Assembly: GCF_006345805.1 (NCBI RefSeq)
Contig: NC_043025.1
Coordinates: 8,742,001 to 8,806,000 of the forward strand
From: Octopus sinensis
Lineage: Eukaryota
Direction: 5' to 3'
Length of the DNA: 64,000 bases
Both the position numbers and the translations under genes were made by a program. The notes under the pieces were generated by a model. The model was not told the DNA's origin. It ran no database searches and worked only from the letters and a program-made list of their open reading frames with translations. Below, piece by piece: positions 24,905 to 37,815 of this stretch; position 1 is the stretch's first letter, and every line of letters begins with the position of its first letter.

Positions 24905-25265
24905 TTTGTCTTCTTCTTCCTCCCCTTCTTCTTCTTCTTCTTCTTCTTCTTCTCCTTCTTCTTCTTCTCCTCCCCCTCCTCCTTCTTCTTCTTCTCCTCC
25001 TTCTCCTTCTTCTTCTTCTTCTCCTCCTCCCCCTCCTGCTCGTTCTTCTTCTCCTCCTCCTTCTTCTTTTCTTCTTCTTCTCCTTCTCCTCTTCCTCCTC
25101 CTTCTTCTTCTCCTCCTCCTCCTCCTTCTTCTCCTTCACCTTCTTCTTCCCCTCCTCCTCCTCCTCCTCCTCCTTCATACCCTCTCGTTCTGGTTCTCCT
25201 CCTCCTTCTTCTTCCCCCTCTTCTCCTTCTTCTCCTTCACCGTCTTCTCCTCCTCCTCCTCCTCC
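24905..25265. repeat. (CTT)n/(CTC)n trinucleotide repeat
   Basis: Direct inspection. Confidence 0.95.
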
Positions 25266-26660
25266 TCTGCGGGCGAAGGCGGGCAAAGGCGGGCAAAGGC
25301 GGGCATCGATCGCGCCTACGTCCACATGTAGGGTTAGGGTTAGTTAGGGATCTTTTCGGTTTGAACGGCAGTTTTAACATAATTTCTACGTAACTAGACA
25401 CTTTTAAACTTCGTATACTGGCAGAATGTGTTTATAAAACATTTTTTTTCTCTTGGCTTTATTGAGAAAATTCTATGGTTTGTAAGATATTTGTTGTTTT
25501 TTTCTTCTTCAATTTCAGCAATTTCAACCAATCAATGACGTCTATTGAGGTAAAAAAACATTCTGTGCCGTATGAATATGTGCCTCGTTTAAGAAACAGA
25601 TTCGGTTTATTTACATTTGTGAAGAAAAAAAAGATACTCTTCCCCCTACCCCTAACCCTAACCCTAACTGTAACCCTAAAACAGATTGAAATGCAATAGA
25701 TCGATACTAGGGTCATAATTATGGGTGACAATTTCATATGACACCGCTAGAAAAAACTGCCATTCAAACCAAAAAGATCCCCTAACCCTAACCCTAAAAC
25801 AGATTGAAATGCAATAGATCGATTCTAGGGTCATAATTATGGGTGACAATTACATATGACACCGCTAATTATGTCATCCATAATTATGACCTTAGAATCG
25901 ATCTATTGCATTTCAATCTGGGTTAGGGTTAGGGGATCTTTTTGGTTTGAATGGCAGTTTTTTCTAGCGGTGTCATATGAAATTGTCACCCATAATTATG
26001 ACCCTAGTATCGATCTATTGCATTTCAATCTGATTTAGGTTAGGGGGAAGGGTATCTTTTTTTCTTCACAAATATAAATAAACCCAATCTGTTTCTTAAA
26101 CGAGGGACATATTCATATGGCACAGAATGCTTTTACCTCAATAGACGTCATTGATTGGTTGAAATTGCAGAAATTGAAAAAAAAACCCAAATATCTTACA
26201 AACTATAGAAAAAGCACCAACCGATCGTGACCATTGCCAGCCTCCCCTGGCACCTAAAATGCACCATCCGTACGTGGCCGTTGACTGGCTTCCGTGTTGG
26301 TGGTACGTAAAAAGCACCCACTACACCCATGGAGTGGTTGGCGTTAGGAAGGGCATCCAACTGTATAAACACTGCCAGATCAGACCAGAGCCTGGTGCAG
26401 CCTCCTGGCTTCCCAGACCCCGGTCGAACTGTCCAACCCGTGCTAGCACGGAAAACGGATATTAAACGATGATGAAGATGATGATGATGATGTATATGTG
26501 CATAGCTTTAGTTTAAATGTCTCCGTGTGTAATTATACTGTCGTGCTTATGTATGTGTGTGTGTGTGCACTGGTTTATCTAAATACCTGTGTGTGTGTGT
26601 ATATTGTAATGTATGTATGTGGGTGTGTATTTTGCATTATGAATGTGTGTGACTGTTTAA

Positions 26661-27348
26661 CCCTTTTGTTACCATATTTCTGTTGAGATGTTCTGTGTTT
26701 TGTTCAATTAATTTTAAATATAACAAAGAATTTAGTAAAATAACTTAGTTATCATTCAGCTAGTGTTAGGAACATAAATTGTGACTAAGGTTTAGTGGAA
26801 GATTTTAATTCAGGACTTATTTTTACAACAAAGCCAGAGATGCTTTCAGCCAAGTTGGTATCAGAAGGGTTAAAAATATCATGGTGACTTTAACCCTTTT
26901 GTTACCATATTTCTGTTGAGATGTTCTGTGTTTTGTTCAATTAATTTTAAATATAACAAAGAATTTAGTAAAATAACTTAGTTATCATTCAGCTAGTGTT
27001 AGGAACATAAATTGTGACTAAGGTTTAGTGGAAGATTTTAATTCAGGACTTATTTTTACAACAAAGCCAGAGATGCTTTCAGCCAAGTTGGTATCAAAAG
27101 GGTTAAAAATATCATGGTGACTTTAACCCTTTTGTTACCATATTTCTGTTGAGATGTTCTGTGTTTCTTTCAATTACTTTAAATATAACAAAGAATTTAG
27201 TAAAATAACTTTCTTATCCTTAAGCTAGTGTTAGGAACATAAATTGTGACTAAGGTTTAGTGGAAGATTTTAATTCAAAACATATGAAAACAAAGACATT
27301 TGTACTCAAGAGCCAGAGCCGGTTTCAGCCGGGTTAGTGACGAAAGGG
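26661..27348. mobile_element. Three tandem piggyBac-type MITEs (26661-26869, 26894-27102, 27127-27348)
   Basis: Each unit is TTAA|CCCTTT...AAGGG|TTAA (piggyBac TSD and CCC/GGG termini), separated by AAATATCATGGTGACT. Confidence 0.8.
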
Positions 27349-29294
27349 TTAAAGTTACCTGGGTGTTGTAGTGTGTAATGCATGAGTAAGCCAGCCAGGA
27401 TCCTTACACACAGTGTGAAATCACATATATTCTTCCCTTCTCGACCACTACTTCCTTTCATTCTTCACATTTTTCCCTTCCTCTTACTGATTACGTTGAC
27501 CCCTAAAGTCACCCCCAACGCTTCATAACTTCACCAATAAACAATTGTAATAAATATGTCCCCCTCCCCCCGAATTTCAATCCAGCATTTCGAGATCTGT
27601 AATTTTTAGCTGGTGTAGACACACAACCGGGTTTCTTTTATCGAATTGTAGGTCACCACCTGCTCCACATTTAGTTGCTGACTTGCACACCATCATGTAT
27701 TTTCTTGTTATTTCGTTCTTAAGCAATTCTATTTAACGAGCTTTCTGTAATCAGGGAGGAACAAGGAGCATCGTTTTCTTAATTTTATTTCTTCTCTCAT
27801 TCTATTTTTCACACCATACTTCATTTTCCCCCACATTCTCTCTCTCTGTATTAATATATATACAGTAACACCTCGCCATATCACGGTTCATCTACCGTGC
27901 TTTATTCAGCTTACATCTGGGAGTGTTGTTTTGCATTTATAATAAAATAGATACATACAAATTATAAAAATAAGGATCTTTTCGGTTTGAACAGCAGTTT
28001 TTAAGAATAATTTCCACGTAACTAAACACTTTTAAACTTCGTATACTGGTAGAATGTGTTTATAAAACATCTTTTTCTCTTGGCTTTATTGAGAAAATTC
28101 TATAGTTTGTAAGATATTTGTTGTTTTTTTTTCTTCAATTTCTGCAATTTCAACCAATCAATGAGGTCTATTGAGGTGAAAACATTCTGTGCCATATGAA
28201 TATGACCCTCGTTTAAGAAACAGTTTGGGTTTATTTATATTTGTGAAGAAAAAAACGATACTCTAACCCTAAACCCTAAAACAGATTGAAATGCAATAGA
28301 TCGATACTAGGGTCATAATTATGGGTGACAATTTCATATGACACCGCTAGAAAAAACTGCCGTTCAAACCGAAAAGATCTGAAATTTTTTTATAATTCTA
28401 TAATTTTTAGACCCAAATTTATATTTACTTATCATGAGAATATCTATCAATGACTCGTGTTTAATGTCAGGTGAAGTAAAGATCAAGTTATTGGACAAAA
28501 ATTATATTATTAACAAAACTTTTATGAAATTATGGGTTTTATTATAGATTTAAGAAAATGCTATTATTTATCCTTATATGATAATTTATAATTATTAATT
28601 AGTAATTATAAATGTTTTTTACTTATTTATTTATAATTCATTTATATAAAACTATCTGATACATAGGGTAATCATAGGATGGAAAAGCATACTCTTTACT
28701 CTTTACTCTTTTACTTGTTTCAGTCATTTGACTGCGGCCATGCTGGAGCACCGCCTTTAGTCAAGCAAATCAACCCCAGGACTTATTCTTTTGTAAGCCC
28801 AGTACTTATTCTACCAGTCTCTTTTGCCGAACCGCTAAGTAACGGGGACATAAACACACCAGCATCGGTTGTCAAGCAATGCTAGGGGGTCAAACACAGA
28901 AACACAAATACACACGCATATATATATATATATACATATATACGATGGGCTTCTTTCAGTTTCCGTCAACCAAATCCACTTACAAGGCTTTGGTCGGCCT
29001 GAGGCTATAGTAGAATACACTTGACCAAGGTGCCACGCAGTGGGACTGAACCCGGAACCATGTGGTTGGTAAACAAGCTACTTACCACACAGCCACTCCT
29101 GCGTAATATTTTATACATAAAATATTACAATTTAGCTGTCACTTGATGATATGCGGCCAGCTGTTATACATACATATATATGTGTGTGTGTGTGTGTGTG
29201 TATATATGTGTAAATATATATATATATATATATACATACATACACATACATATATATATATATATTATATATATATATATATATACATACATGC

Positions 29295-29692
29295 CCAAAC
29301 GACCTTAACATTAGCTTCAAGGTTCATCCAAGACTGGGACCATGGGTCATACGTCCCCTGCCCAATTCAAGATCACAGCATACATGTACACTGCAACATA
29401 ATTTCTTTTCCTCAACAAGCCCTGCCCTATTTAACATTGTCCCGAGGGAGATCAAAGAGGAAAAGGATCCCATCAACTTTAAACGGAGTCTGGATAGATT
29501 CCTTCAAGGAATACCAGATAAGCCACCTATAATTGGATACAACTCACCCAACAAAAACTCACTACTTGAATGGACCATAAACAAAACTTGACTTAAACTG
29601 GATTTAGATTATCCTATCATGTGGTGCTATTAAGTTAGACATGGCCTGGACCAATCTTTGGTCGAAACATATCTAAGTTTATCTAAGTTTAT
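29295..29692 (+). mobile_element. LINE (CR1/L2 group) 3' end
   Basis: FNIVPREIKEEKDPINFKRSLDRFLQGIPDKPPIIGY...NSLLEW; short tandem ATCTAAGTTT tail. Confidence 0.65.
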
Positions 29693-29855
29693 ATATATAT
29701 ATATACGGTTTAAGTAATTGAGATTCAAGTCAGTTCTAATGAATTCACATGAATATGGTCCTTAACTAGGATGCACCGGAAATCTATATGGTGTTAACCA
29801 TACGACAAAGTGGGGTGATTACAAATAGGAAAAAAGCAACAAGAATGGATTAAAA

Positions 29856-29943
29856 TATCGGTACAATTGTTTCGTACGAGGACATCTTTAATAAGCTACA
29901 AAAAATGCAGTAAATATAGGTGGCTCGTACTCATCAGCCGAAA
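29856..29943 (-). ncRNA. Dispersed type I hammerhead, canonical core
   Basis: UUUCGG CUGAUGA GUACGAG-(43 nt)-CUCGUAC GAAA CAAUUG UA/CCGAUA: 7-bp stem II, palindromic CAAUUG stem III, GUA triplet. Confidence 0.8.
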
Positions 29944-30061
29944 AAAATCAGAGATTCCCAAACATCAAAGGGGGTAATGTTATCCAAATTCTTCACATAG
30001 CTTGATTATGTCCGATATAGTGTGTTGGGGTTGCCATCACTGATACAGCCCAGATCGGCCA

Positions 30062-30179
<118 letters not shown>

Positions 30180-30339
30180 ATATATATATAATATAATATA
30201 TATATATATATTTGCTGTTATGTAATGGTGTAATAAAGTATTGATTGGGTATCATCTGATGGTTGATGATTGATTAAGTATGTTTCTCCATTTTCTAATT
30301 TTGTTATATTTATATATATATATATTATAATATATATAT

Positions 30340-30382
<43 letters not shown>

Positions 30383-30386
30383 ATAT

Positions 30387-30418
<32 letters not shown>

Positions 30419-30895
30419 TTATTTAATATATATATATTAATTTATATATATATATTAATTTATATATATATATATATTTATTTATAATATATATATTATA
30501 TATATATATATATTTATATATATATTTATTTATATATATAATATTTATCTATATATATATATTATATATATATATATTTATTTATATTATATAATATATA
30601 TATATATATATTTATTATATATATTATATATTATATATATATATATTATAATATATATATAATATATATATATTATATTTATTTATTTATTTATATATAT
30701 ATATTTATATATATATATTGATATAAGTTTATATATAAAGTTTAAAGTCTCGTATGCTGTTGTAATTTTAACCAATAGGAAGCCTCCATTGTCGACAGAG
30801 CGGGTACCCCATATTTTTTATCTTTAGTATGCCACGCCTTCGTAAGAGAATTGCATGAGTTAAAAAAACAAACAAAACGAAATAATTAAACGATC

Positions 30896-31231
30896 ATGAT
30901 TATATATATATTATCACTAGCCGGCGTGGCATTGGGTGTTTATTTCTCATCATGCGTAATATACCATTGTAAAACATTAAAATATGAGAGCCAAGCTAGG
31001 ATGGATGGTAAAACCGTACTAATTACAGGTGCTTCTTCGGGGATCGGAAAGGCAACGGTTGAACATCTTCTCTCGCGAGGAGCCAGAGTCATCTTAGCAT
31101 GCCGTAACTTAACGAAGACGAAGACGGCAGTTGATGAAATACTTTCTTCAACTGGTGTTGATCGATAAATGGTCAGTATTGTCCATTTGGATCTATCTGA
31201 CCTGGACAGTGTTCGAAAATGTGCAAAAGAG
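30896..31231 (+). pseudogene. Retinol dehydrogenase 11/12/13-like SDR, exon 1, with in-frame stop and apparently mutated donor
   Basis: Hydrophobic N-terminus, GKTVLITGASSGIGKAT (Rossmann TGxxxGIG), GARVILACRN; TAA at 31166-31168 followed in frame by MVSIVHLDLSDLDSVRKCAKE; exon end reads GAG|ATAAGT instead of GTAAGT. Confidence 0.8.
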
Positions 31232-31298
31232 ATAAGTTTTGTTGTATAGCACTAGTTTCGCCTCTTCATGTTTGCTTTCTTCATTCTGTACGCACCTG

Positions 31299-31987
31299 CC
31301 GTATATACTCGGCTATAAGTCGCACTTTGCCCCTAAAATTTTCACCTAAATTTTGGGGTGCGAATTATAAGTGCATCCTAGAAAGAAAAAAAAATCTACA
31401 GATATTTTCCAGGTACAAGCCACCTCTGAACTTTCGACACTTGGAATAACCGGAAAAAAAAACGCAAATCGCTAATTCCGAAGCGAAGAAGTACACGGAA
31501 GATAATCTCCAGATATTTCTTTATATATTTCTTTACTTCTCTTAGTATGAAATAAACAATTTTCGAAAAGCGAGTTTAATGTTTGTTTGTTTTTGTATCG
31601 TACCTGTCTTTTAATTGTTAACAAGAAGAGAAAGAAGAATTCGTATGAAAGTTGATGAATATACGATGTCTCATTCGAATCGAACTGCAGAAAGAGAATT
31701 TGGGGTCTCAGAAAAATGGTCAGGGATTGGCGTTTGAAAGAGGATAAAAGTTTACATTATAAACAACGGTTTCTAAAATGCATGGATTTAATGGGACAAC
31801 GGTTGCTTTAAGAGATCTGCAGCTTACTGAAAGCACGGTTGCCAAACAGCAACTATGTTGGTTCGATTCCTAATCGAACCTTGCCTCCAACATCAAAAAC
31901 GTTTCTGTGATTTATAGTCGGGCCAACGATAAAATTCCCGATTTGAACCTTGTAAGTCGGGAGTGTTTTATAGTCGGGTATATACGG
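31299..31987 (+). mobile_element. Internally deleted pogo/Tc1-mariner DNA transposon in the RDH intron
   Basis: TIRs CCGTATATACTCGGCTATAA / TTATAGTCGGGTATATACGG followed by TA; transposase HTH remnant MKVDEYTMSHSNRTAEREFGVSEK-VRDWR at ~31645-31735. Confidence 0.75.
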
Positions 31988-33259
31988 TACGCATCGCGAG
32001 TAGAGTAAGTGGAAGTAACTCTGGTTAACGTACAAGGAGTATGTTGCCGCTAGACACGGGTTAACATGAAGCAAAAGCAATAATGAATGATATCCAGGTT
32101 ATAGTGGGGAAGGCAAACCCTTGGATTTGTTTTAAAAGAAACGACGTACAATGCCTAGCTTAGATTTTCAGTTGATTTAGCAAGTGGTGATGTGGGTCTC
32201 TTCTCGGTGAAGGAAGGCGGGCGGTGCGCAATGGGTGCTTTTCAAGTACCCGGTAGAAAGCAGTCCGACGACGTCAGGGGTCACTCTCAAAAGTTATCTT
32301 TTCAACTAATACCGAGTTTCAGCCCTGATCATAGTAAACTAAAGAAGCTAATTTTTGAGCTCTTAAATTATTACTCTTTACTCTCTTTTACTCTTTTGAC
32401 TGTGGCCATGCTGGAGCACCACTTTAGTCGAGCAAATCGACCCCAGGACTTATTCTTTGTAAGCCTAGTACTTATTCTATCGGTCTCTTTTGCTGAACCG
32501 CTAAGTGACGGGGACGTAAACACACCAGCATCGGTTATCAATCGATGTTGGGTAGACAAACACAGACGCAAACATATACACACACATACATATATACGAC
32601 AGGCTTCTTTCAGTTTCCATCTACCAAATCCACTCACAAGGCTTTGGTTGGCCTGAGGCTATATATATATAGGCGTAGGAGTGGCTGTGTGGTAAGTAGC
32701 TTGTTTACCAACCATATGGTTCCGGGTTCAGTCCTGCATGGCCGCAGTCAAATGACTGAAACAAGTAAAAGAGTAAAAAAGTATCCCTTTGCAATTTTCT
32801 TTTTCCTCCCTCTATTGTGGTAAAAAAAACTTGGTATATACTCAAAATATTCAAAAAAGTGGTATCCTTTTTGTTAAAATTCTCATTCTTAATAATCTTC
32901 TTGATTTGCTAAACTAGTCAACTAGTCTATAAATTAAAACTGACCCCATAAAAAAACAAAATGACAGAAAAATCAGTGACAGGCAGTGTCTTCTTGAAAA
33001 AAATTTCAGTTACAACTATGATGTTGTTGGTAAAACATGTTCTTTGTCTATCTCCTTATCCTCTTGGAGATTATAGGTAAAATTATACTAATGTGTCCTA
33101 ATTTAATTAAATTCTAGGTCTTTGTGCAGCTGAAGATTGCTCTACATTTTAAATTGATGTAATAATTGCATTGTTCAATTAAATAGAGTTGCATGAAACA
33201 ATCGTACTGCATTACCTCTGGATATCCTTGTTGCTTATTTTGATTATATATATATATAT

Positions 33260-33620
33260 CATCATCATCATCAGCAGCATCTTCGTTTAGCGTCCGCTTT
33301 CCATGGGTTGGACGGTTCAACTGGGGTCTGGGAAGCCAGAATGCTGCACCAGGCCCAGTCTGATCTGGCAGTGTTTCTACAGCTGGATGCCCTTCCTAAC
33401 GCCAACCACTCCGTGAGTGTAGTGGGTGCTTTTTACGTGCCAGACGAGGCTGGCAAACAGCCACGATCGGATGGTACTTTTTACGTGCCACCGACACGGG
33501 GTCCAGACGAGGCTGGCAATGGCCACAATTGGATAGTGCATTTTACGTGCCACCAGCACAGAGGCCAGTTGGGGCGGCGCTGGCAACGGCCACATTTGGA
33601 TGGTTCTCTTACGTGCATTA
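33260..33620. mobile_element. Dispersed retroposon-like repeat with (CAT)n end; also 7660-7830, 8690-8900, 16000-16410, 26210-26490
   Basis: CATCATC...GTCCGCTTTCCATG...GGATGCCCTTCCTAACGCCAACC and internal ~40-bp sub-repeats. Confidence 0.75.
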
Positions 33621-33645
33621 CCTCTGGATATCCTTGTTGCTTATT

Positions 33646-33676
<31 letters not shown>

Positions 33677-34197
33677 AATGTTTTGCAGCATTTCTTCGGC
33701 CTTTATGGCCTGAGTTCAAATTCTGCTGAGGTCAACTTTGCCTTTAATCCTTTCGGGGTCGATAAAAGAAGTACCAGTGAAACATTGGGTAGAAAGTATT
33801 ATTATTTATTTATTGATTGATTGATCTGGGTCCAAGTGTTCAAGTTGCTCTCAGACAGAATCAGCAAGACTCGGTTTAGAACAAGTAGAATTCACTTGAC
33901 AAGCTTCTCTACAGTTTCCATCTATTCAGTCTCACTTCAAGGTATTGGTCAATAGAAAATGACATTTGCCCCCCCCCCCCAGATGCTCTGCAGTGAGACT
34001 GAATGCGGGACCTTGTGATTGCAAAGTGGACCTGTTGACCATTTGGCCATACTGTGCCAACCATTCCTGCCTCTGACTTTGGTGTTGTTGTTCTATCGAG
34101 GGGTTGTTTTGTTCTTTGGTCAGAATTTAAACTTTGGCTGTATTGACATAGAACTTACGTCTCTCAGAGATTTTTTTTTAAAAATGCAACATGAATA

Positions 34198-34600
34198 GGC
34201 ACAGGAGGTGGCTGTGTGGTAAGTAGCTTGCTAACCAACCACATGGTTCCGGGTTCAGTCCCACTGCGTGGCATCTTGGGCAAGTGTCTTCTGCTATAGC
34301 CCCGGGCCGACCAATGCCTTGTGAGTGGATTTGGTAGATGGAAACTGAAAGAAGCCTATCGTATATATATATGTATATATATATATATGCGTGTGTCTGT
34401 GTTTGTCCCCCTAGCATTGCTTGACAACCGATGCTGGTGTGTTTACGTCCCCGTCACTTAACGGTTCAGCAAAAGAGACCGATAGAATAAGTACTGGGCT
34501 TACAAAGAATAAGTCCCGGGGTCGAGTTGCTCGACTAAAGGTGGTGCTCCAGCATGGCCGCAGTCAAATGACTGAAACAAGTAAAAAAGAAAAAAGAAAG
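34198..34600 (+). mobile_element. tRNA-derived SINE family 3 with internal (TA)n, full-length example; many copies (2958-3290, 5790-5995, 17928-18090, 28690-29100, 32370-32660, 41535-41930, 45495-45792, 54200-54610)
   Basis: GGAGTGGCTGTGTGGTAAG A box, GGGTTCAGTCCC B box, CCTTGGGCAAGT block, 3' GCAGTCAAATGACTGAAAC and (AAAGAGT)n tail. Confidence 0.85.
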
Positions 34601-37600
34601 AAAGAAAGAATATATAAAATCAAAAATAAGCAACAAGGATATAGGGAGAGTTTACGAAAAAAACAAAAGACGAAGACAGGTGGTGTAGACAACAAACAGA
34701 TGTATTAGTATAACGCTCAGGAATAGAAAAAGTCTTTTACGTTTCGAGCCTACGCTCTTCTACAGAAAGGGACACAGAAAAAACAAGGAGACAAAAATAT
34801 GTGTGTAGTGGCTAATAGATGAGTGTATTTTCCCCTTGTTAACAATTAACACGGAAAAAAATAGATAAATAGTTACCAGGGCAGCAAAAAATCACACAAG
34901 TAAAGAGGTTATAACTCCTTGTTTTTAAAGGTAAAAACTTCGGGTTTATGTGGAATTTTTTGTATAATATATATATATAATAAATGGAGTTTAACACAGG
35001 TATAATTCAAATTATTCCAAAGAAATAAATGGTAAAAACAATGTAATCTTCTCTTCAGGGAGTGAAGCAATGAAACTTGTCAATGAGACATTTTAACAGA
35101 AAATGACGGATATGTATAGTGATTACTGAACGCTATTAATATTGTTTGAAAAAATGTTATATGATATAACGTCAGAAGTAGCCTATGAAAGAGGGGGGGA
35201 TATTTTTTTTAGTGAATGTAAATATAAAAAGAAAATTAATGTTTAAATTATATATAATGGTAGAGATTACTTATATGAACTAAAGGTGTGTTTTTGCCAA
35301 TGTTTACAACAATAATGATCTCTTGTATTGCTAACTCTTGTTTAGTGGAGTTATGAACCGACATTTCCTGTCATGTCCCCTTGTAGACAACCTTCTTCCT
35401 CAGCAGAGTTAACACACACCATCCTAACAGCACTAAGAATTCTCCTGTCTTGCTACTAGTTATTGATGGATACTTGCCAAGAGGCTGCCACATGAATCTA
35501 ACATGAACTCATAGAATTCATAGGGTAGTCAATATCTCTCTCCATCGCTCAGTCGAAGTCGACTCTCGGTCACTCATTGGATCAGTGTCCTCCAGTCAGT
35601 TCTATCTGGACTGCTCCTTCAGATTGGCTATGTCCATTCCGGTACACTCTTGATGGTCAAGCCAGCGGGTTCTGGTCGGCCTCTTCCTCTCTTGCCACTG
35701 ACAATTCCGTATATATTATATATATAGATATATATATCTATATATGTTATAGGGGCATTATTACACATAAATGCTCACACTAGGAGGGACAAAGTCATAC
35801 TACCAAAATTATACTAATCATACCCAAATGCAGTTTTTCAAAGCAAGACATTTAAAAATGAATTATGTTCTGTATCACCGTGATTTCACATAACAACTTG
35901 CGTCTAATGATCGTCAGCAGGAACTGATTCTGAATACATCATAAATAAACTACCAACCTTACGTAGCGGAGACGAACAGACAATGCTCACTCCGGCCAAG
36001 CACATGGAATGTTTATAAATATATCCGGTAAATGGCGGGCTTTTTACGAAACTGCCTGTCGGGTAATGAAAAGTATTTCGGAATAAGTTTAACAATTAAG
36101 GATAATCTCTTAATAAGGGATCTTAACAAGAATTATATCGGGTAGCTAGCGTGGAAACCTCATAAAAGAAAAGAATCCGAAAATAATTTTTTTCTTTTGA
36201 ACAAATTATTATATCTATATGTATAGAGGCATTATTACACATAAATGCCTCACACTAGGAGGGACAAAGTCATATTACTACAAAAATTATACTAATCATA
36301 CCCAATGCAGTTTTTCAAAGCAAGACATTTAAAAATGAATTATGTTCTGTATCACCGGGATTACATACAACTTGCGTCTAATGATCGTCAGCAGAACTGA
36401 TTCTGAATAACATCATAAAAAAACTACCAACCCAACGTAGCGGAGACGAACAGAAAGCTCACTCGGCCAAGCACATGGAATGTTTATAAATCATATATCC
36501 GGTAATGGCGGGCTTTTTACGAACTGCATGTCGGGTAATGAAAAGTATTTCGGAATAAGTTTAACAATTAAGGATATCTTAATAAGGGATCTTAACAAGA
36601 ATTATCGGGTAGCTAGCGTGAAAACCTCATAAAAGAAAAGAATCCGAAAATAATTTTTTTCTTTTGAACAAATTAATTATATCTATATTGTATAGAGGCA
36701 TATTACACAAATATGCCTCACACTAGGAGGGACAAAGTCATTACTACCAAAAATTATACTAATCATACCCAAATGCAGTTTTTCAAAGCAAGACATTTAA
36801 AATGAATTATGTCTGTATCACCGTGATTTCACATACAACTTGCGTCTAATGATCGTCAGCAGAACTGATTCTGAATACATCATAAATAAACTACCAACCT
36901 ACGTAGCGGAGACGAACAGACAACTGCTCACTCCGGCCAAGCCATGGAATGCTTATAAATCATATATCCGGTAAATGGCGGGCTTTTACGAACTGCATGT
37001 CGGGTAATGAAAAGTATTTCGGAATAAGTTAACAATTAAGGATAATCTCTTAATAGGGATCTTAACAGAGAAATTATCGGGTAGCTAGCGTGAAAAACCT
37101 CATAAAAGAAAAGAATCCGAAAATAATTTTTTTCTTTTGAACAAATTAATTATATCTATATTGTATAGAGGGCATTATTACACATAAATGCCTCACACTA
37201 GGAGGGACAAAGTCATTACTACCAAAATTATACTAATCATACCCAAATGCAGTTTTTCAAAGCAAGACATTTAAAATGAATTATGTTCTGTATCACCGTG
37301 ATTTCACATACAACTTGCGTCTAATGATCGTCAGCAGACTGATTCTGATACATCATAAATAAACTACCAACCTTACGTAGCGGAGACGAACAGACAACGG
37401 CTCACTCCGGCCAAGCACATGGAATTGCTTATAAATCATATATCCGGTAAATGGCGGGCTTTTTACGAACTGCATGTCGGGTAATGAAAAGTATTTGGAA
37501 TAAGTTTAACAATAAGGATAATCTCTAATAAGGGATCTTAACAAGAAATTATCGGGTAGCTAGCGTGAAAACCTCATAAAAGAAAAGAATCCGAAAATTA

Positions 37601-37759
37601 ATTTTTTTTCTTTTGAACAAATTAATTATATCTATATTGTATAGAGGGCATTATTACACATAAATGCCTCACACTAGGTAGGACAAGTCATTACTACAAA
37701 AATTATACTAATCATACCCAAATGCAGTTTTCAAAGCAAGACATTTAAAAATGAATTAT

Positions 37760-37815
37760 GTTCTGTATCACCGTGATTTCACATACAACTTGCGTCTAAT
37801 GATCGTCAGCAGAAC
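37760..37815 (-). ncRNA. Type I hammerhead ribozyme of the 473-bp monomer (representative intact copy; others at 35867-35924, 36344-36397 core damaged, 36811-36865, 37285-37339, 38236-38291, 38702-38757, 39177-39232)
   Basis: Minus strand reads GUUCUG CUGACGA UCAUUAGACGCAAGUUGUAUGU GAAA UCACGGUGA UA/CAGAAC: 6-bp stem I, canonical CUGANGA and GAAA core, stem II with GCAA loop, near-palindromic stem III, AUA triplet. Confidence 0.85.

Noticed and set aside
24848-25393. 181-aa, 151-aa and 144-aa low-complexity ORFs
   Set aside because: Products of the (CTT)/(CTC) repeat.
35370-35415. Minus-strand CUGAGGA...GAAA motif
   Set aside because: Stems I and III cannot be formed.
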